Positions 10,083 to 19,190 of a DNA stretch of 64,000 bases are shown piece by piece; position 1 is the first letter of the stretch; every line of letters begins with the position of its first letter. The notes under the pieces are model-generated. The model saw only the letters and a list, made by a program, of their open reading frames with translations. It searched no databases and was not told the DNA's origin. Source of the DNA: a virus; the IMG/VR virus record IMGVR_UViG_3300027969_000092, positions 2,262-66,261 of that record; one strand, 5' to 3'. Made by a program: the position numbers and the translations under genes.

Positions 10083-10469
10083 TTACGCTTTAAGGGCTGA
10101 AATTAAATCTGAAATTTCTTTGTTGAAGTCAATCTTTACTTCTACCTTGGCATCTAGCTTGGTATCACGGGTCTCACGATAGTCAGTCTGAAACTGGCCA
10201 CGGAGTGCGATTTCTGCCAAACGGCTGTTGAAGTTTTTGTTGTCCAAATTGGCGAGCAGCTGTGTCTCCCAATATGCCTGTGAGTGTACCAGGGCTAAGT
10301 CAAGAGCTTCTGCAAACTCAGGGTGATTCTTCTTGTATGCCTCAGCGGTTGCCTTGCTGATGCCTAGTTTAGACCACATCATTTTTTGAGATGCGCCTTC
10401 CTGACCTAGCGCTACCATCTGAGCGCACATGGCTGGATCATACTTGGATAGGGGTTTCTTAGCTGCCAC
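10083..10469 (-). CDS. Terminase small subunit-like HTH protein
   Basis: SKYDP.MC, LGISKAT...YKKNHPEFAEAL, QAYWE pattern typical of TerS. Confidence 0.65.
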   Translation of the reverse strand: MAAKKPLSKYDPAMCAQMVALGQEGASQKMMWSKLGISKATAEAYKKNHPEFAEALDLALVHSQAYWETQLLANLDNKNFNSRLAEIALRGQFQTDYRETRDTKLDAKVEVKIDFNKEISDLISALKA

Positions 10470-10722
10470 ACTTCCACCTTTTCAAAGCTGCTGCTTTTCT
10501 TGTTGGTTTGCCGTTCTCGTCTTTCATTGGGCCTTTAACGCCGCTCATACGAGCACAGAATGAGTCTTTACGTGAACCACCTTCAGGCTGTGGTGCCTTT
10601 AGATTGGAGCCGGTTGCTGCATTGTATTTAGCACGGCCTTTAGCCGTTAGTCCAGCACCTTGGGATGCCGGTAGCTTTTCGCCACGGCCAATGGATAGTG
10701 AAGGATTCTTTTTAGTTGCCAT
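10459..10722 (-). CDS. Small basic phage protein
   Basis: GLTAKGRAKYN..TGSNLKAPQPEGGSRKDSFCARMSG...LKRWKC; Lys/Arg-rich. Confidence 0.7.
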   Translation of the reverse strand: MATKKNPSLSIGRGEKLPASQGAGLTAKGRAKYNAATGSNLKAPQPEGGSRKDSFCARMSGVKGPMKDENGKPTRKAAALKRWKCGS

Positions 10723-10874
10723 TACTTAGTCTTCGCAGTCTTCGCTGATTGTTTAAATGCTTTGGCTGTTGGTGCACCTGTGGCGCCCGGCTTGCGCATC
10801 TTCTCGCCAGAGCCAGCCTTGATGCGTTCTTGTTTAGCGTGGATGTTTGCGTATAGGCCGGGTTTAGTTGCCAT
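10722..10874 (-). CDS. Small basic protein (50 aa; not in ORF track)
   Basis: MATKPGLYANIHAKQERIKAGSGEKMRKPGATGAPTAKAFKQSAKTAKTK; GAGG RBS; TAATG overlap. Confidence 0.75.
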   Translation of the reverse strand: MATKPGLYANIHAKQERIKAGSGEKMRKPGATGAPTAKAFKQSAKTAKTK

Positions 10875-10883
10875 GTTTGCCTC

Positions 10884-11141
10884 TTAGAATGTAATGCCAA
10901 TACCGTTAATGCGTTTTACTGTTTTGAGTAGTTCACGCTCGTTGGCGTCGCTAACAAATTTGTTGATTTCAACAGCTTTCTCAATGACCTCTTCCATAGT
11001 TGGAAACTTAGGTGCTAGTTCGGCTGCGTCTTTAGCTGCCTTGTCTACTGCATCAAAGGCGGCTAGGTTGGCTTTATATTGCTGCTCCATAAAGTCTTTG
11101 GCTGTGTTAAATACGGAAAAGCGTAGTTCAAATGGATTCAT
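10884..11141 (-). CDS. Hypothetical phage protein
   Basis: NPFELR...AKD...FPTMEEVIEKA; AGGAGA RBS. Confidence 0.7.
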   Translation of the reverse strand: MNPFELRFSVFNTAKDFMEQQYKANLAAFDAVDKAAKDAAELAPKFPTMEEVIEKAVEINKFVSDANERELLKTVKRINGIGITF

Positions 11142-11253
11142 GTAATTCTCCTGTGTATGTGTGTGGATGCCCGCATCTAGTAATTCTTACTGTCTTGGGC
11201 GTTGTAAGAATAGGTTTCCGGGCGTCTCCCGACGTACCATACTCCCTATATAC

Positions 11254-11283
11254 ACTAATGCAAAAACACAGAGATTTCCGCCC
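11254..11283 (-). promoter_or_regulatory. Phage late-type promoter GGGCG-N17-GCATTAGT
   Basis: One of 8 exact-spacing copies. Confidence 0.75.
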
Positions 11284-11540
11284 TAGTCCGGCATGATAAT
11301 TTTGCGGATGGGTTTCTGGCCAGCTTGTTCCTGTGCCTTTTGCTCTTCTTCTATCATCTTGCGGAAGGTTGGCATCATTTCGTTGACAATTAGTTTGGTC
11401 ATGGCCTCAGCTTTTAGGCGGTCTTCCATTTCCTTTTCTGCAGACGTGCGCTTGGTCTTTTCATCTACCGCATCGGCAATGTTGTTACCAAACTTACGAT
11501 GCTTTAAAAACTGACGGATAAAGTTCTCATCATTCGCCAT
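11283..11540 (-). CDS. Hypothetical protein
   Basis: ORF in a tightly coupled minus-strand operon. Confidence 0.6.
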   Translation of the reverse strand: MANDENFIRQFLKHRKFGNNIADAVDEKTKRTSAEKEMEDRLKAEAMTKLIVNEMMPTFRKMIEEEQKAQEQAGQKPIRKIIMPD

Positions 11541-11739
11541 CTTTTTTCAGTGCCTCCTCTACGGCTTTTAATGAAGCCTGTGCCTTCTCAATCTGTGGGC
11601 CAGCTTGCATTTGTAACAGTTGAATGAATGCCACCAGGGACACTGAATTGGTGTGTAGTGGGTTGTTAAGGATGTTGAGCAGTGCGTTAATCTCTTTGAC
11701 TGTCAACTCCACGGTTACTGCAAAATCATCTATGGTCAT
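11530..11739 (-). CDS. Hypothetical protein
   Basis: Coupled ORF. Confidence 0.6.
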   Translation of the reverse strand: MTIDDFAVTVELTVKEINALLNILNNPLHTNSVSLVAFIQLLQMQAGPQIEKAQASLKAVEEALKKDGE

Positions 11740-12017
11740 TTCTTATTACCTTTCTTTGGTTTAAATAGTTGTTCTCTTGCTTTTAATTTTTCTGGGTCAG
11801 TGCAATACTGATCCAGCTCAAACTTGCGACTATACGTGTCCATTAGTTTTTCCATACGCATGTCGTGTAAAACTTTAATACCCCACAGTGCATTGCCAAC
11901 TTCATCTTCTGTCATTGGTATTGGATGATCGCCGTGATGCTTGTATAACAAATCAAGATCTTCACTGGTTTGCCAAGCTGCCATAATGGCGCTTTCCAAA
12001 TCTATTTTGTCATTCAT
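11736..12017 (-). CDS. Hypothetical protein (start MNDKID)
   Basis: Coupled ORF; DLESAIMAAW. Confidence 0.6.
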   Translation of the reverse strand: MNDKIDLESAIMAAWQTSEDLDLLYKHHGDHPIPMTEDEVGNALWGIKVLHDMRMEKLMDTYSRKFELDQYCTDPEKLKAREQLFKPKKGNKK

Positions 12018-12214
12018 TTTGTCCTCTTTTTCCAATCAAAAACATAGAAGGGGCCAACAATTTTAAGTGCCTCAAATACTTCTTCAAACGCTTTGAAGTC
12101 ATCTTCATGCCATTGCTCTGGGTGCTTTAAATCTTCCCGTAATTGCTTGTATGTTTGGATTAACTCTGCGCCAATAATCTCATCAACGCATTCATCAGTG
12201 ACTTCTATTTTCAT
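12014..12214 (-). CDS. Hypothetical protein
   Basis: Coupled ORF with GGAG RBS. Confidence 0.6.
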   Translation of the reverse strand: MKIEVTDECVDEIIGAELIQTYKQLREDLKHPEQWHEDDFKAFEEVFEALKIVGPFYVFDWKKRTK

Positions 12215-12432
12215 TTACCGCACTCCCTGTCTGCTTGACGTTTTGCCAGCTCACGGTCGATGTACCACTTTGCTTTCTTAAGATCTTCAATGGCGTCTTT
12301 TTTTAAGTCGCAGCGCCAAATGTATTTAAGTGCGTTACCTAAATTAAAACCCATGTGCTCAGTAATCTGAATGCACTCGATGCCACTGGGGTGGTCGGTA
12401 TAATGCTTAGGATGGTTGACCGGATCGTTCAT
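12211..12432 (-). CDS. DUF3310 family (T7 gp1.7 nucleotide kinase-like)
   Basis: DPVNHPKHY, IECI, FNLGNALKYIWR, EDLKKAKWY. Confidence 0.9.
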   Translation of the reverse strand: MNDPVNHPKHYTDHPSGIECIQITEHMGFNLGNALKYIWRCDLKKDAIEDLKKAKWYIDRELAKRQADRECGK

Positions 12433-12601
12433 GTCTCATTTTCCTTAATTCGTTTTCCATTACCATGGCTTCTTGTTCTGTTGCGCAGACCCATAGCCCC
12501 ATAAAAGGTTGGTACATACTGGTATCAATGTCCTCTACACCAGTGATTGTTTCTAATGTATAACTACCACCTTTGCGATGCTCAACAACAAAGTAGCTCA
12601 T
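12407..12601 (-). CDS. Hypothetical protein
   Basis: Coupled ORF. Confidence 0.55.
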   Translation of the reverse strand: MSYFVVEHRKGGSYTLETITGVEDIDTSMYQPFMGLWVCATEQEAMVMENELRKMRHERSGQPS

Positions 12602-12903
12602 AGCTTCAGTTCCTTTTTAATAAACTCAATGCCTTTAGTAAAATGATACCGCCAGTACTTCTCACTGACACCAACGTCATAGTACATATGGCCATTGAGA
12701 AACGCTGTTAAAACATAGCGTTGCTTTTGTGGCATTTTGGTATCAATTAATCTACGAATATCAATTATATCATCGTTATCCCAAGGAAGCCAGCCCTCTT
12801 GTAATAAATGAAAGCCATCTGGTGCATCGTCTTGCTCAATGGGATCTGGATCTTCGTCAGATAGTCTCGGTGTCACCGCTTTTATTTTATGTTTTTTTAT
12901 CAT
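12598..12903 (-). CDS. Possible sigma region 3.2/4-like protein
   Basis: Acidic linker followed by MPQKQRYVL..FLNG.MYYDVGVSEK..R.H..KGIEFIKKEL, resembling a shortened sigma4. Confidence 0.45.
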   Translation of the reverse strand: MIKKHKIKAVTPRLSDEDPDPIEQDDAPDGFHLLQEGWLPWDNDDIIDIRRLIDTKMPQKQRYVLTAFLNGHMYYDVGVSEKYWRYHFTKGIEFIKKELKL

Positions 12904-14234
12904 ATTACTAATGAGTCTAACAACGCTTCCTGTAAGTTAATTTTGCCTTCTAATACTTTGACTACGTGTTCATCAATACTCTTAGCTATCGTCAGGTGAT
13001 GTATGATAACCGGTTTTTCTTGCCCTTGGCGGTAGATCCTAGCATTCGCCTGGATGTAGTTCTCTGAGCTCCATGGTAGATCGAACCAGACCGTCTGTGC
13101 TGTGTCTCCAACGTTGCACTGTAAATTAAGCCCGATCCCACCACTTTGCGGGTGGGCAAGGAGCATACGAATCTCGCCACGACGCCACGCCGCAATGTTG
13201 TCATCGTCCAGCACCACCGCCTGTGGGAACTGAAGACGTATTCGTTGTAGCGAATGCTTGAAATGATAGAAGACAAGCGTGGGACTTGAAGATTCTTCCA
13301 TGATCGACTCAAGACATTCCAATTTAGAGCGGTGTACTTCTTGTGCCTCTCCTTCCGCATTATAAACTGCTCCCGATGTGAACTGGAGCAGCTTGTTCGC
13401 CAATGCTGCCGCTGTTGGAGCTGTGATTTTTTCTTTCTTGACCTCAACGACCATATCTTTTCTAAGTTGGTCATATTTACTCCTTACATTCTTATCAATT
13501 TCTATGGGGTGATACAAACTGGTACATTCAGGCAGCTGCAAGTAGTCCTCCGCCCGCAATGAAAAGCAGATATCTTCTATTTTACTCTTAATTGCATCTT
13601 CAGCGCCCGCTTGCATCTTCCATGAGTACACCACCTTGGTATGGCGGTTGTACTGGTCTGGTGTCAGGTACTTATCCCTAAACTTGGTAAGGCTAGTCTC
13701 TAGACGTGCCCCTAAGTCCAATATACCCACCTGTGACCAGAGATCAGCCAGGCCTTGAGGGGTGGGTGTGCCGGTGAGGATGATGCGCCTGGTGAACGTT
13801 TTAAGGTGCTTCTTGAGCGCTTTAAAACGCTTGGTGCTGGAGTCCTTGAAACGGCTCGATTCATCTATTACTAAGTTAGTAAACACTAACTTAGGTGAGA
13901 CGTCACAGAGCCATGCTACGTTCTCAAGGTTAACTAAGTATACGTCTGCATCAGCGTTCAATCCAGCCATACGTTGGGTGGAGCTGCCAAGTATCTTCGA
14001 GACCCTTAGATGCTTCAGATGGGCCCATTTCTGTACTTCTGTGTCCCATACTGTCTCGGCCACTCGTTTCGGTGCAATGATCAGCGTTTTCCCTTGAAAC
14101 TGTTCTGCGATGATGGTCAAGGTGGTAGTCGTTTTCCCTAGACCTGGAGGCAGGAAGAGTCCCAGGTTTGGAATCGTCTTCGCTCGGTCGATGATTTGTG
14201 TTTGATACGGATGTAAGTTGGTTCGCTTGAGCAC
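12900..14234 (-). CDS. SNF2-family helicase
   Basis: LHPYQ, PGLGKT, VIDESS, LTGTP, SGGIGLNLQ, QANARIYRQGQ. Confidence 0.93.
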   Translation of the reverse strand: MLKRTNLHPYQTQIIDRAKTIPNLGLFLPPGLGKTTTTLTIIAEQFQGKTLIIAPKRVAETVWDTEVQKWAHLKHLRVSKILGSSTQRMAGLNADADVYLVNLENVAWLCDVSPKLVFTNLVIDESSRFKDSSTKRFKALKKHLKTFTRRIILTGTPTPQGLADLWSQVGILDLGARLETSLTKFRDKYLTPDQYNRHTKVVYSWKMQAGAEDAIKSKIEDICFSLRAEDYLQLPECTSLYHPIEIDKNVRSKYDQLRKDMVVEVKKEKITAPTAAALANKLLQFTSGAVYNAEGEAQEVHRSKLECLESIMEESSSPTLVFYHFKHSLQRIRLQFPQAVVLDDDNIAAWRRGEIRMLLAHPQSGGIGLNLQCNVGDTAQTVWFDLPWSSENYIQANARIYRQGQEKPVIIHHLTIAKSIDEHVVKVLEGKINLQEALLDSLVI

Positions 14235-14592
14235 GTTCTATTCCTTTAACCATGGCTTTTAATATTGGTAGCATTATTTTTGTTCCGTACTCTGACAGGG
14301 CACAGTTTACAGCCCACAGTATAACTCTTGTATTTGATTCTGTATACGGCAGGTTTTTGTCAATACGATCTAATGACGGTGCATCCCAACGCCTAGTGGC
14401 ATTTCCATCTGTTGGTTCAAAACAAAAGTGAAGTCCTGTTATCTCACATGTGCCTCTGGTAAGGTGTGCTTCTATCCACGCTTGAGTAATTGCCAGTTCA
14501 ATACCTTTGTCTTTACATCTGCGCCTAGCATTACCTATTAACGTGTTTGCTCGCCCAACAACAGTTCTTTTGTAGTCGTTACTGTATGCCAT
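13951..14592 (-). CDS. HNH-like (beta-beta-alpha-Me) endonuclease with overlapping C-terminal extension
   Basis: CEITG...PSLDRID...YTESNTRVILWAVNCA. Confidence 0.7.
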   Translation of the reverse strand: MAYSNDYKRTVVGRANTLIGNARRRCKDKGIELAITQAWIEAHLTRGTCEITGLHFCFEPTDGNATRRWDAPSLDRIDKNLPYTESNTRVILWAVNCALSEYGTKIMLPILKAMVKGIERAQANQLTSVSNTNHRPSEDDSKPGTLPASRSRENDYHLDHHRRTVSRENADHCTETSGRDSMGHRSTEMGPSEASKGLEDTWQLHPTYGWIER

Positions 14593-14854
14593 TTATGAAG
14601 TCCTCAACGTCTTCTTTGCTTCGTAAAATATGGACAGGAAACCCCTGTTCACCCAGCTCGTCGAACACGACTACTTGTCTTGGACTTAGTATTCCTGTTT
14701 CCGTTTTTAACTCGACTAGAAAAACTTTCTGATTCAGAAACACTATTCGATCCGGCACCCCCGTCACGCTGCTCAGCCATTTGAATGAGAGCCCCGATGA
14801 CTGCTTGATTCGTTTTGTCAGGTAACTTTCTATTTCTTTCTCTAGTACGCTCAC
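14579..14854 (-). CDS. VRR-NUC nuclease (probable GTG start)
   Basis: LEKEIE, GVPDRIV, VELKT..G.LSPRQ. Confidence 0.88.
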   Translation of the reverse strand: MSVLEKEIESYLTKRIKQSSGLSFKWLSSVTGVPDRIVFLNQKVFLVELKTETGILSPRQVVVFDELGEQGFPVHILRSKEDVEDFINGIQ

Positions 14855-15254
14855 GTTTGTCTTCCTCCGTCGCATAGATTGCGAATACTTGTTTAAATAT
14901 GTGTTCACCTAAATACGAACGACTCTCATCACCAATCTTGGTTTCATCCTCACCAATGAATTCAAAGACGTGGGTGACTGTGTGAGAAACTTCATGGTAG
15001 ATAACCCCCATGCGCTCCAAGGCATCACACTTAGACATCTCATCATAGTTAAACACAATGCCCAACATGGCAGCATGTGTGCCCTCTTGTTGGATTAGAT
15101 GTGACTCTGCCAGGCCAATGTCTAATGACTGATGGCGGGTGGTAATCTTAGAGTCTCTGACTGCTTGCTGGAATGCTGCGTCGTCAAAGCATACCTTGAT
15201 CTTGATACCAAAGTGTCCCGTGTCGGCAATGTAGTATGGCAGTTTCTTTTTCAT
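14649..15254 (-). CDS. HExxH putative metallopeptidase
   Basis: IYHEVSH...E..SY. Confidence 0.55.
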   Translation of the reverse strand: MKKKLPYYIADTGHFGIKIKVCFDDAAFQQAVRDSKITTRHQSLDIGLAESHLIQQEGTHAAMLGIVFNYDEMSKCDALERMGVIYHEVSHTVTHVFEFIGEDETKIGDESRSYLGEHIFKQVFAIYATEEDKRERTRERNRKLPDKTNQAVIGALIQMAEQRDGGAGSNSVSESESFSSRVKNGNRNTKSKTSSRVRRAG

Positions 15255-15421
15255 AGCAAGTCTTTAGATAATATGCCACGTTTATAAAATATCTCTCGGA
15301 TTTTTTGTAGCGCACGTTTTTCAATTGCACTAACTGTCTTGATATCCAAAAACATTACTTCAGCAATTTGAGCATGTGTCATGGCACGATCAAGTATTTC
15401 TTGGCGGTCTTCTTTGTTCAT
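15251..15421 (-). CDS. Stand-alone sigma70 region-4 HTH protein (56 aa; not in ORF track)
   Basis: MNKEDRQEILDRAMTHAQIAEVMFLDIKTVSAIEKRALQKIREIFYKRGILSKDLL aligns by eye to RpoD TLEEVG...RERIRQIEAKALRKLR; ATGA coupling on both sides. Confidence 0.7.
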   Translation of the reverse strand: MNKEDRQEILDRAMTHAQIAEVMFLDIKTVSAIEKRALQKIREIFYKRGILSKDLL

Positions 15422-15531
15422 TTTGTTAGTTCACGCAATAATTTAATAGCTTCTTGAATAAGAGCACAGTCTGGTGCTAACGGATTGCCATATCGTTGGT
15501 CAAGTGCTTCAATTAGTTCTTGGGTTGTCAT
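15418..15531 (-). CDS. Hypothetical 37-aa protein (not in ORF track)
   Basis: MTTQELIEALDQRYGNPLAPDCALIQEAIKLLRELTK; GGAG RBS; ATGA overlaps. Confidence 0.55.
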   Translation of the reverse strand: MTTQELIEALDQRYGNPLAPDCALIQEAIKLLRELTK

Positions 15532-16073
15532 ACTATCTCCTTTTTAATACCATAAAAATACAAATCTGCTGGAAAGTCGCAGGTTGAAAATTTGTGCTCA
15601 GTAAACATAGAATGTAAATCAAACTCACTGGCAAAATCGTATGCAGTCAGATTACTGTAATAGTCGTTTGTGAACGGCGCATCTGCTGGGCTGGTGCGAG
15701 TTGTACCATGCTCTGGTCTGCCAGTGGTAGCGCAACTAAACACAAACAAACCGCCAGGTTTAAGAACGTCGTACATCCTTGCAAATGACTGTCTCCAAAA
15801 CTGATCATGCTCAAAACATTCACAAGAGATAACAGTATCAAATGCGTTGTTCGGTGATTCTAATCCATGGGCTGGGCATACTAGATCCACATCCTTGCCG
15901 GGACCCAAATCAATACCTAGATAGTCACAGTCATCAAAGAAGATACGCACTGAGCCGTTAATGTTTAGTGAACCAACTTCTAATACTTTGGTGTGATTAA
16001 ATGCTTTTGGAAACTTAGTGCGTACACTAGATACAAAATCTAATTGAGTTTGATGAGACATTATTGATACCAC
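15528..16073 (-). CDS. Class I SAM-dependent methyltransferase
   Basis: VLEVGS, YLGID, FDTVISCECFEH, LKPGG. Confidence 0.85.
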   Translation of the reverse strand: MVSIMSHQTQLDFVSSVRTKFPKAFNHTKVLEVGSLNINGSVRIFFDDCDYLGIDLGPGKDVDLVCPAHGLESPNNAFDTVISCECFEHDQFWRQSFARMYDVLKPGGLFVFSCATTGRPEHGTTRTSPADAPFTNDYYSNLTAYDFASEFDLHSMFTEHKFSTCDFPADLYFYGIKKEIV

Positions 16074-16711
16074 CTTCTATATAGTTCGGGTCTGTTTGCT
16101 TTAATCCACTCTTTGGGTTCATTATAGTTCTTTTCGCTGTCTAAGCCAATAGTTGCGCTACCAACGTGGTGAACATAAGCACGGGATGCGTAGTGGTGGC
16201 GTCCTTTGTTAGTCATGTCAAGACATTGGATGTCATCACTGAACCAGTTGATTGGCGGGTAGTCTATCCATGCCTCTTTGCTGATGTATGCAAACAAGGG
16301 GGCTACTGCACCTTGATGCAACAAAGCATTGCCCACAATGTGTTGGTTGGTAGACGGGCGAGCATAGTCTGACTTAGCCGCCACCCATCCCAACTTACCC
16401 ATCTTCTTCAATCCTTGCACATCTTCATTAAGCAAACGATAAGTATCTGGGGTGAGCACTACATCATCGTTCGCCACAATGATTTCATCAAACTCTTGAA
16501 ACGCACGATTGACTACGCAGTTGTATGAGTCGCCATAGTTCGTACCTTTGTTTTCGTGCATGATTGTTATTTGATTGCCAGTAGTGTGAAACTTTAAGTT
16601 TTTAGGTGCAGAGATAAACACCACTACATCGTCCGGCACGTAGTGTTTGATAGATGCCAGCATGACAGGCAAGCATCTTGCATTGATGGTTGCTATAACA
16701 ATCGCTTTCAT
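16061..16711 (-). CDS. Glycosyltransferase family 2-like
   Basis: IVIAT, YGDSYN, IVANDDVV, WFSDD, VHHVGSAT. Confidence 0.75.
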   Translation of the reverse strand: MKAIVIATINARCLPVMLASIKHYVPDDVVVFISAPKNLKFHTTGNQITIMHENKGTNYGDSYNCVVNRAFQEFDEIIVANDDVVLTPDTYRLLNEDVQGLKKMGKLGWVAAKSDYARPSTNQHIVGNALLHQGAVAPLFAYISKEAWIDYPPINWFSDDIQCLDMTNKGRHHYASRAYVHHVGSATIGLDSEKNYNEPKEWIKANRPELYRRWYQ

Positions 16712-16845
16712 TCTGTTTGTGCCTTCATCATCTCAGCTATCAGATGTTGTGTGGTTTCAGGGATTGACGCTACAGGGGCGCCACGGATTAGCAGTCCTAA
16801 TAGGATCATGCCAGTGTAAAACGATTTTTGGTCTTGCTCATTCAT
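16708..16845 (-). CDS. Hypothetical 45-aa protein (not in ORF track)
   Basis: MNEQDQKSFYTGMILLGLLIRG...; TAATG and ATGA coupling. Confidence 0.55.
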   Translation of the reverse strand: MNEQDQKSFYTGMILLGLLIRGAPVASIPETTQHLIAEMMKAQTE

Positions 16846-19154
16846 TAGAATATACTTTCATCAAAGGTTTGGATTGAGTCGACATACTTCTGTGCCTTCT
16901 CGTTTAATTTAACACCACGATAGACATGGGAGCGGTTGCCGTCTGTTCTATCTAATGCTGATTCAATACGGTGTTCTTGTGTAGCTGCCAAGAAACGACG
17001 TTTAAACGCAAGCTCTGTTCCTGGCACAATGCTCTTCTTCAACGCCCAGTGCTTGTAGCAAGCAAACACTTCGTCTTTAGATACCTTGGATTCAGGTTCA
17101 AACACAAGGGCATCTTCTACAAACGAACCGATAGGGTTGCCCAGTTCACTCATCAACTCTAACAACTCAATGCCCGTCTTAGGTTGGATGAAGTGACCAC
17201 CACGTGCTAAGCGACGCTTTAAGCCTTCCATTGCCCAGTTGAAGATACCCGACAGTTCTTGCTCTAACTTGTGTGCTAACTCTGTGTCTTCGTTGTTGTA
17301 GAACGAGCGCGTCATCTTAAGCACTACCATACGACCAGTTAGCGCGTTAGAGTTCTCTGTTAACTGTAAGACCTCGTTTGAATAAACTACTATTCGTGTG
17401 GGTAAGTAACCATTCCACGATTCCTTATTTTTTCTATTAATGGTGATAGTATCACCTCCCACAATGCGCAACAGCTGACTGACCACAGCAGAACGATTAC
17501 GCTCAGGAGCACGGGCATCAGTAAAGGATGCAAGGAGTTTACCCAGCCAAGGTTGTAGTCCAAAAGTATCACAGAGTTCCTCCAGTTGTGGTGCTACAGT
17601 GTTGTGTTGTCCTAACAGGGCAACAAGGATTTTGTTAATTGTACCTTTACCTGAGCGACGTGGGCCAATAATGTTAAAAAACTTCTGCTGGCTGGTATCT
17701 CCTGAGAGGATGTAACCAAACATCTCTTGCAGTGCGTCAATAGACTCTTGATCTTCGTCCCAAACGGATTTAAGAAATGCGAGCCATAGTGGGCAGGTGG
17801 CGCTTTGGTTGTAAGAGAAAGGGAGAGAGTTTTGTGTAAAGAAACCCAATGAGTGCGGTATGAGCAATGTGTCTTCAAGGTGGAAGATACCATTCTGAAG
17901 AGACACCAACTTAGAGGCATCGGGTTTGTCCTGAGCATAAGACTCTAACCAAATCGGTGGCTTTGTATTAGCGTGATTGGGTAAGTGGGTAATTGACTTG
18001 ATGGCATCTAATGCTGCGGATACAGTTGCAGGGGACGGATTAAACGCTTCTAATGCGCCCTTCTTACCAGTTTTCTTACATCTGTCTAGGAGGGCATAGA
18101 GTCTCGAACGGATAGTAGCCTCTTCAATTACATCATAGTTTGTGGTGTTGTAGAGGTAGAAGTCCTGAGCATAGTGTACAAGGCGGTAGCCTTCCTCAGA
18201 GGAGTAGAGGTTGTCTAGGAATGTACGGGCATGGTTCATTGCTCCTTGGTCAAGGATAATCTCGCCACGTTGGAGGGCTTCAGTACGTTCTTGTTGGTTG
18301 ACCTTAAAGATCAATGAGCGCAATGTGGCACCAGAACCCTTAAACGTCGGCCACTTGGAATCACATTGACCAGAGGCATAGTTCTCTACTGAACCATCTC
18401 CATAGCTCCAACGCTCCCATAGTTCTAGGGCTTCGTAATCCCCGCCAAACTGGTGGTGTAGAGCAAACCCTACATTAAGCCAATCCGTATACCCACAGTC
18501 GGGTGATATGTGTGTCAGGATCTCTGTCTCTACCCTATGAATATCATAGTCCGCTACGGGTGGTGCATAATCCTCGAATGCGTCTCCTGTGTTACGAATG
18601 GCTCTAGCCGGAATAATGGATGTGAGGTCTTGTGGTTCCTGTGGCACTGTGCCGGTGAGGTGATGTCCTGTGATGGTGAAGTATCTGCCACGTGGATAGA
18701 TTTCTAAGCCTTTGGTATGGTCAACGTGGGCATTTGGCAGTACAGAACGGGTAAATATCTTTACACCAGTACCAGATGGGCTGATTTCCATGTAACCATC
18801 AATACTATCTGCTAATTGTTGCAGTGCAGCATTTGTAAAGCCTTTGTTGGTGTCGTAGCAATCATCTAAATCTACGCCAATGAGGTTGTCTTCATCGGAA
18901 AAGACGAATCCAACGCCATCAAAGCGGTTTGGGTTGTCCTCATAGGCAGATTGGACAGATAGAAAGTCCGCCCATGTTGCTGGGTTGGTTGAGGAGGCAG
19001 ACTGTCCATTGGATTGGGCTGGCAGTTTTGACCACCTTTTGGTGTCTCCACTGCCAACTTCCACAAATCGCCATAGAACCCACCTTGGAATACGCTTCAG
19101 TTCCATGGGGATGTTTTCAAATATAACTGGTAGGGTGGTAGGTTTTGTATTCAT
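16845..19154 (-). CDS. Primase-polymerase / PriCT-2 / D5-type SF3 helicase
   Basis: RWVLW..K.P..ASSTNPATW, GVDLDDC, EISPSGTG, YTDWLNVGFALH, Walker A GPRRSGKGT. Confidence 0.92.
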   Translation of the reverse strand: MNTKPTTLPVIFENIPMELKRIPRWVLWRFVEVGSGDTKRWSKLPAQSNGQSASSTNPATWADFLSVQSAYEDNPNRFDGVGFVFSDEDNLIGVDLDDCYDTNKGFTNAALQQLADSIDGYMEISPSGTGVKIFTRSVLPNAHVDHTKGLEIYPRGRYFTITGHHLTGTVPQEPQDLTSIIPARAIRNTGDAFEDYAPPVADYDIHRVETEILTHISPDCGYTDWLNVGFALHHQFGGDYEALELWERWSYGDGSVENYASGQCDSKWPTFKGSGATLRSLIFKVNQQERTEALQRGEIILDQGAMNHARTFLDNLYSSEEGYRLVHYAQDFYLYNTTNYDVIEEATIRSRLYALLDRCKKTGKKGALEAFNPSPATVSAALDAIKSITHLPNHANTKPPIWLESYAQDKPDASKLVSLQNGIFHLEDTLLIPHSLGFFTQNSLPFSYNQSATCPLWLAFLKSVWDEDQESIDALQEMFGYILSGDTSQQKFFNIIGPRRSGKGTINKILVALLGQHNTVAPQLEELCDTFGLQPWLGKLLASFTDARAPERNRSAVVSQLLRIVGGDTITINRKNKESWNGYLPTRIVVYSNEVLQLTENSNALTGRMVVLKMTRSFYNNEDTELAHKLEQELSGIFNWAMEGLKRRLARGGHFIQPKTGIELLELMSELGNPIGSFVEDALVFEPESKVSKDEVFACYKHWALKKSIVPGTELAFKRRFLAATQEHRIESALDRTDGNRSHVYRGVKLNEKAQKYVDSIQTFDESIF

Positions 19155-19161
19155 ACCTGTG

Positions 19162-19190
19162 ATTTTATAGTAAGTTTAAACACTTTGCAA
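19162..19190 (-). promoter_or_regulatory. sigma70 promoter for a probably leaderless primase mRNA
   Basis: TTGCAA-N17-TAAAAT, 7 nt before the ATG; GTTTAAAC in the spacer. Confidence 0.6.
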
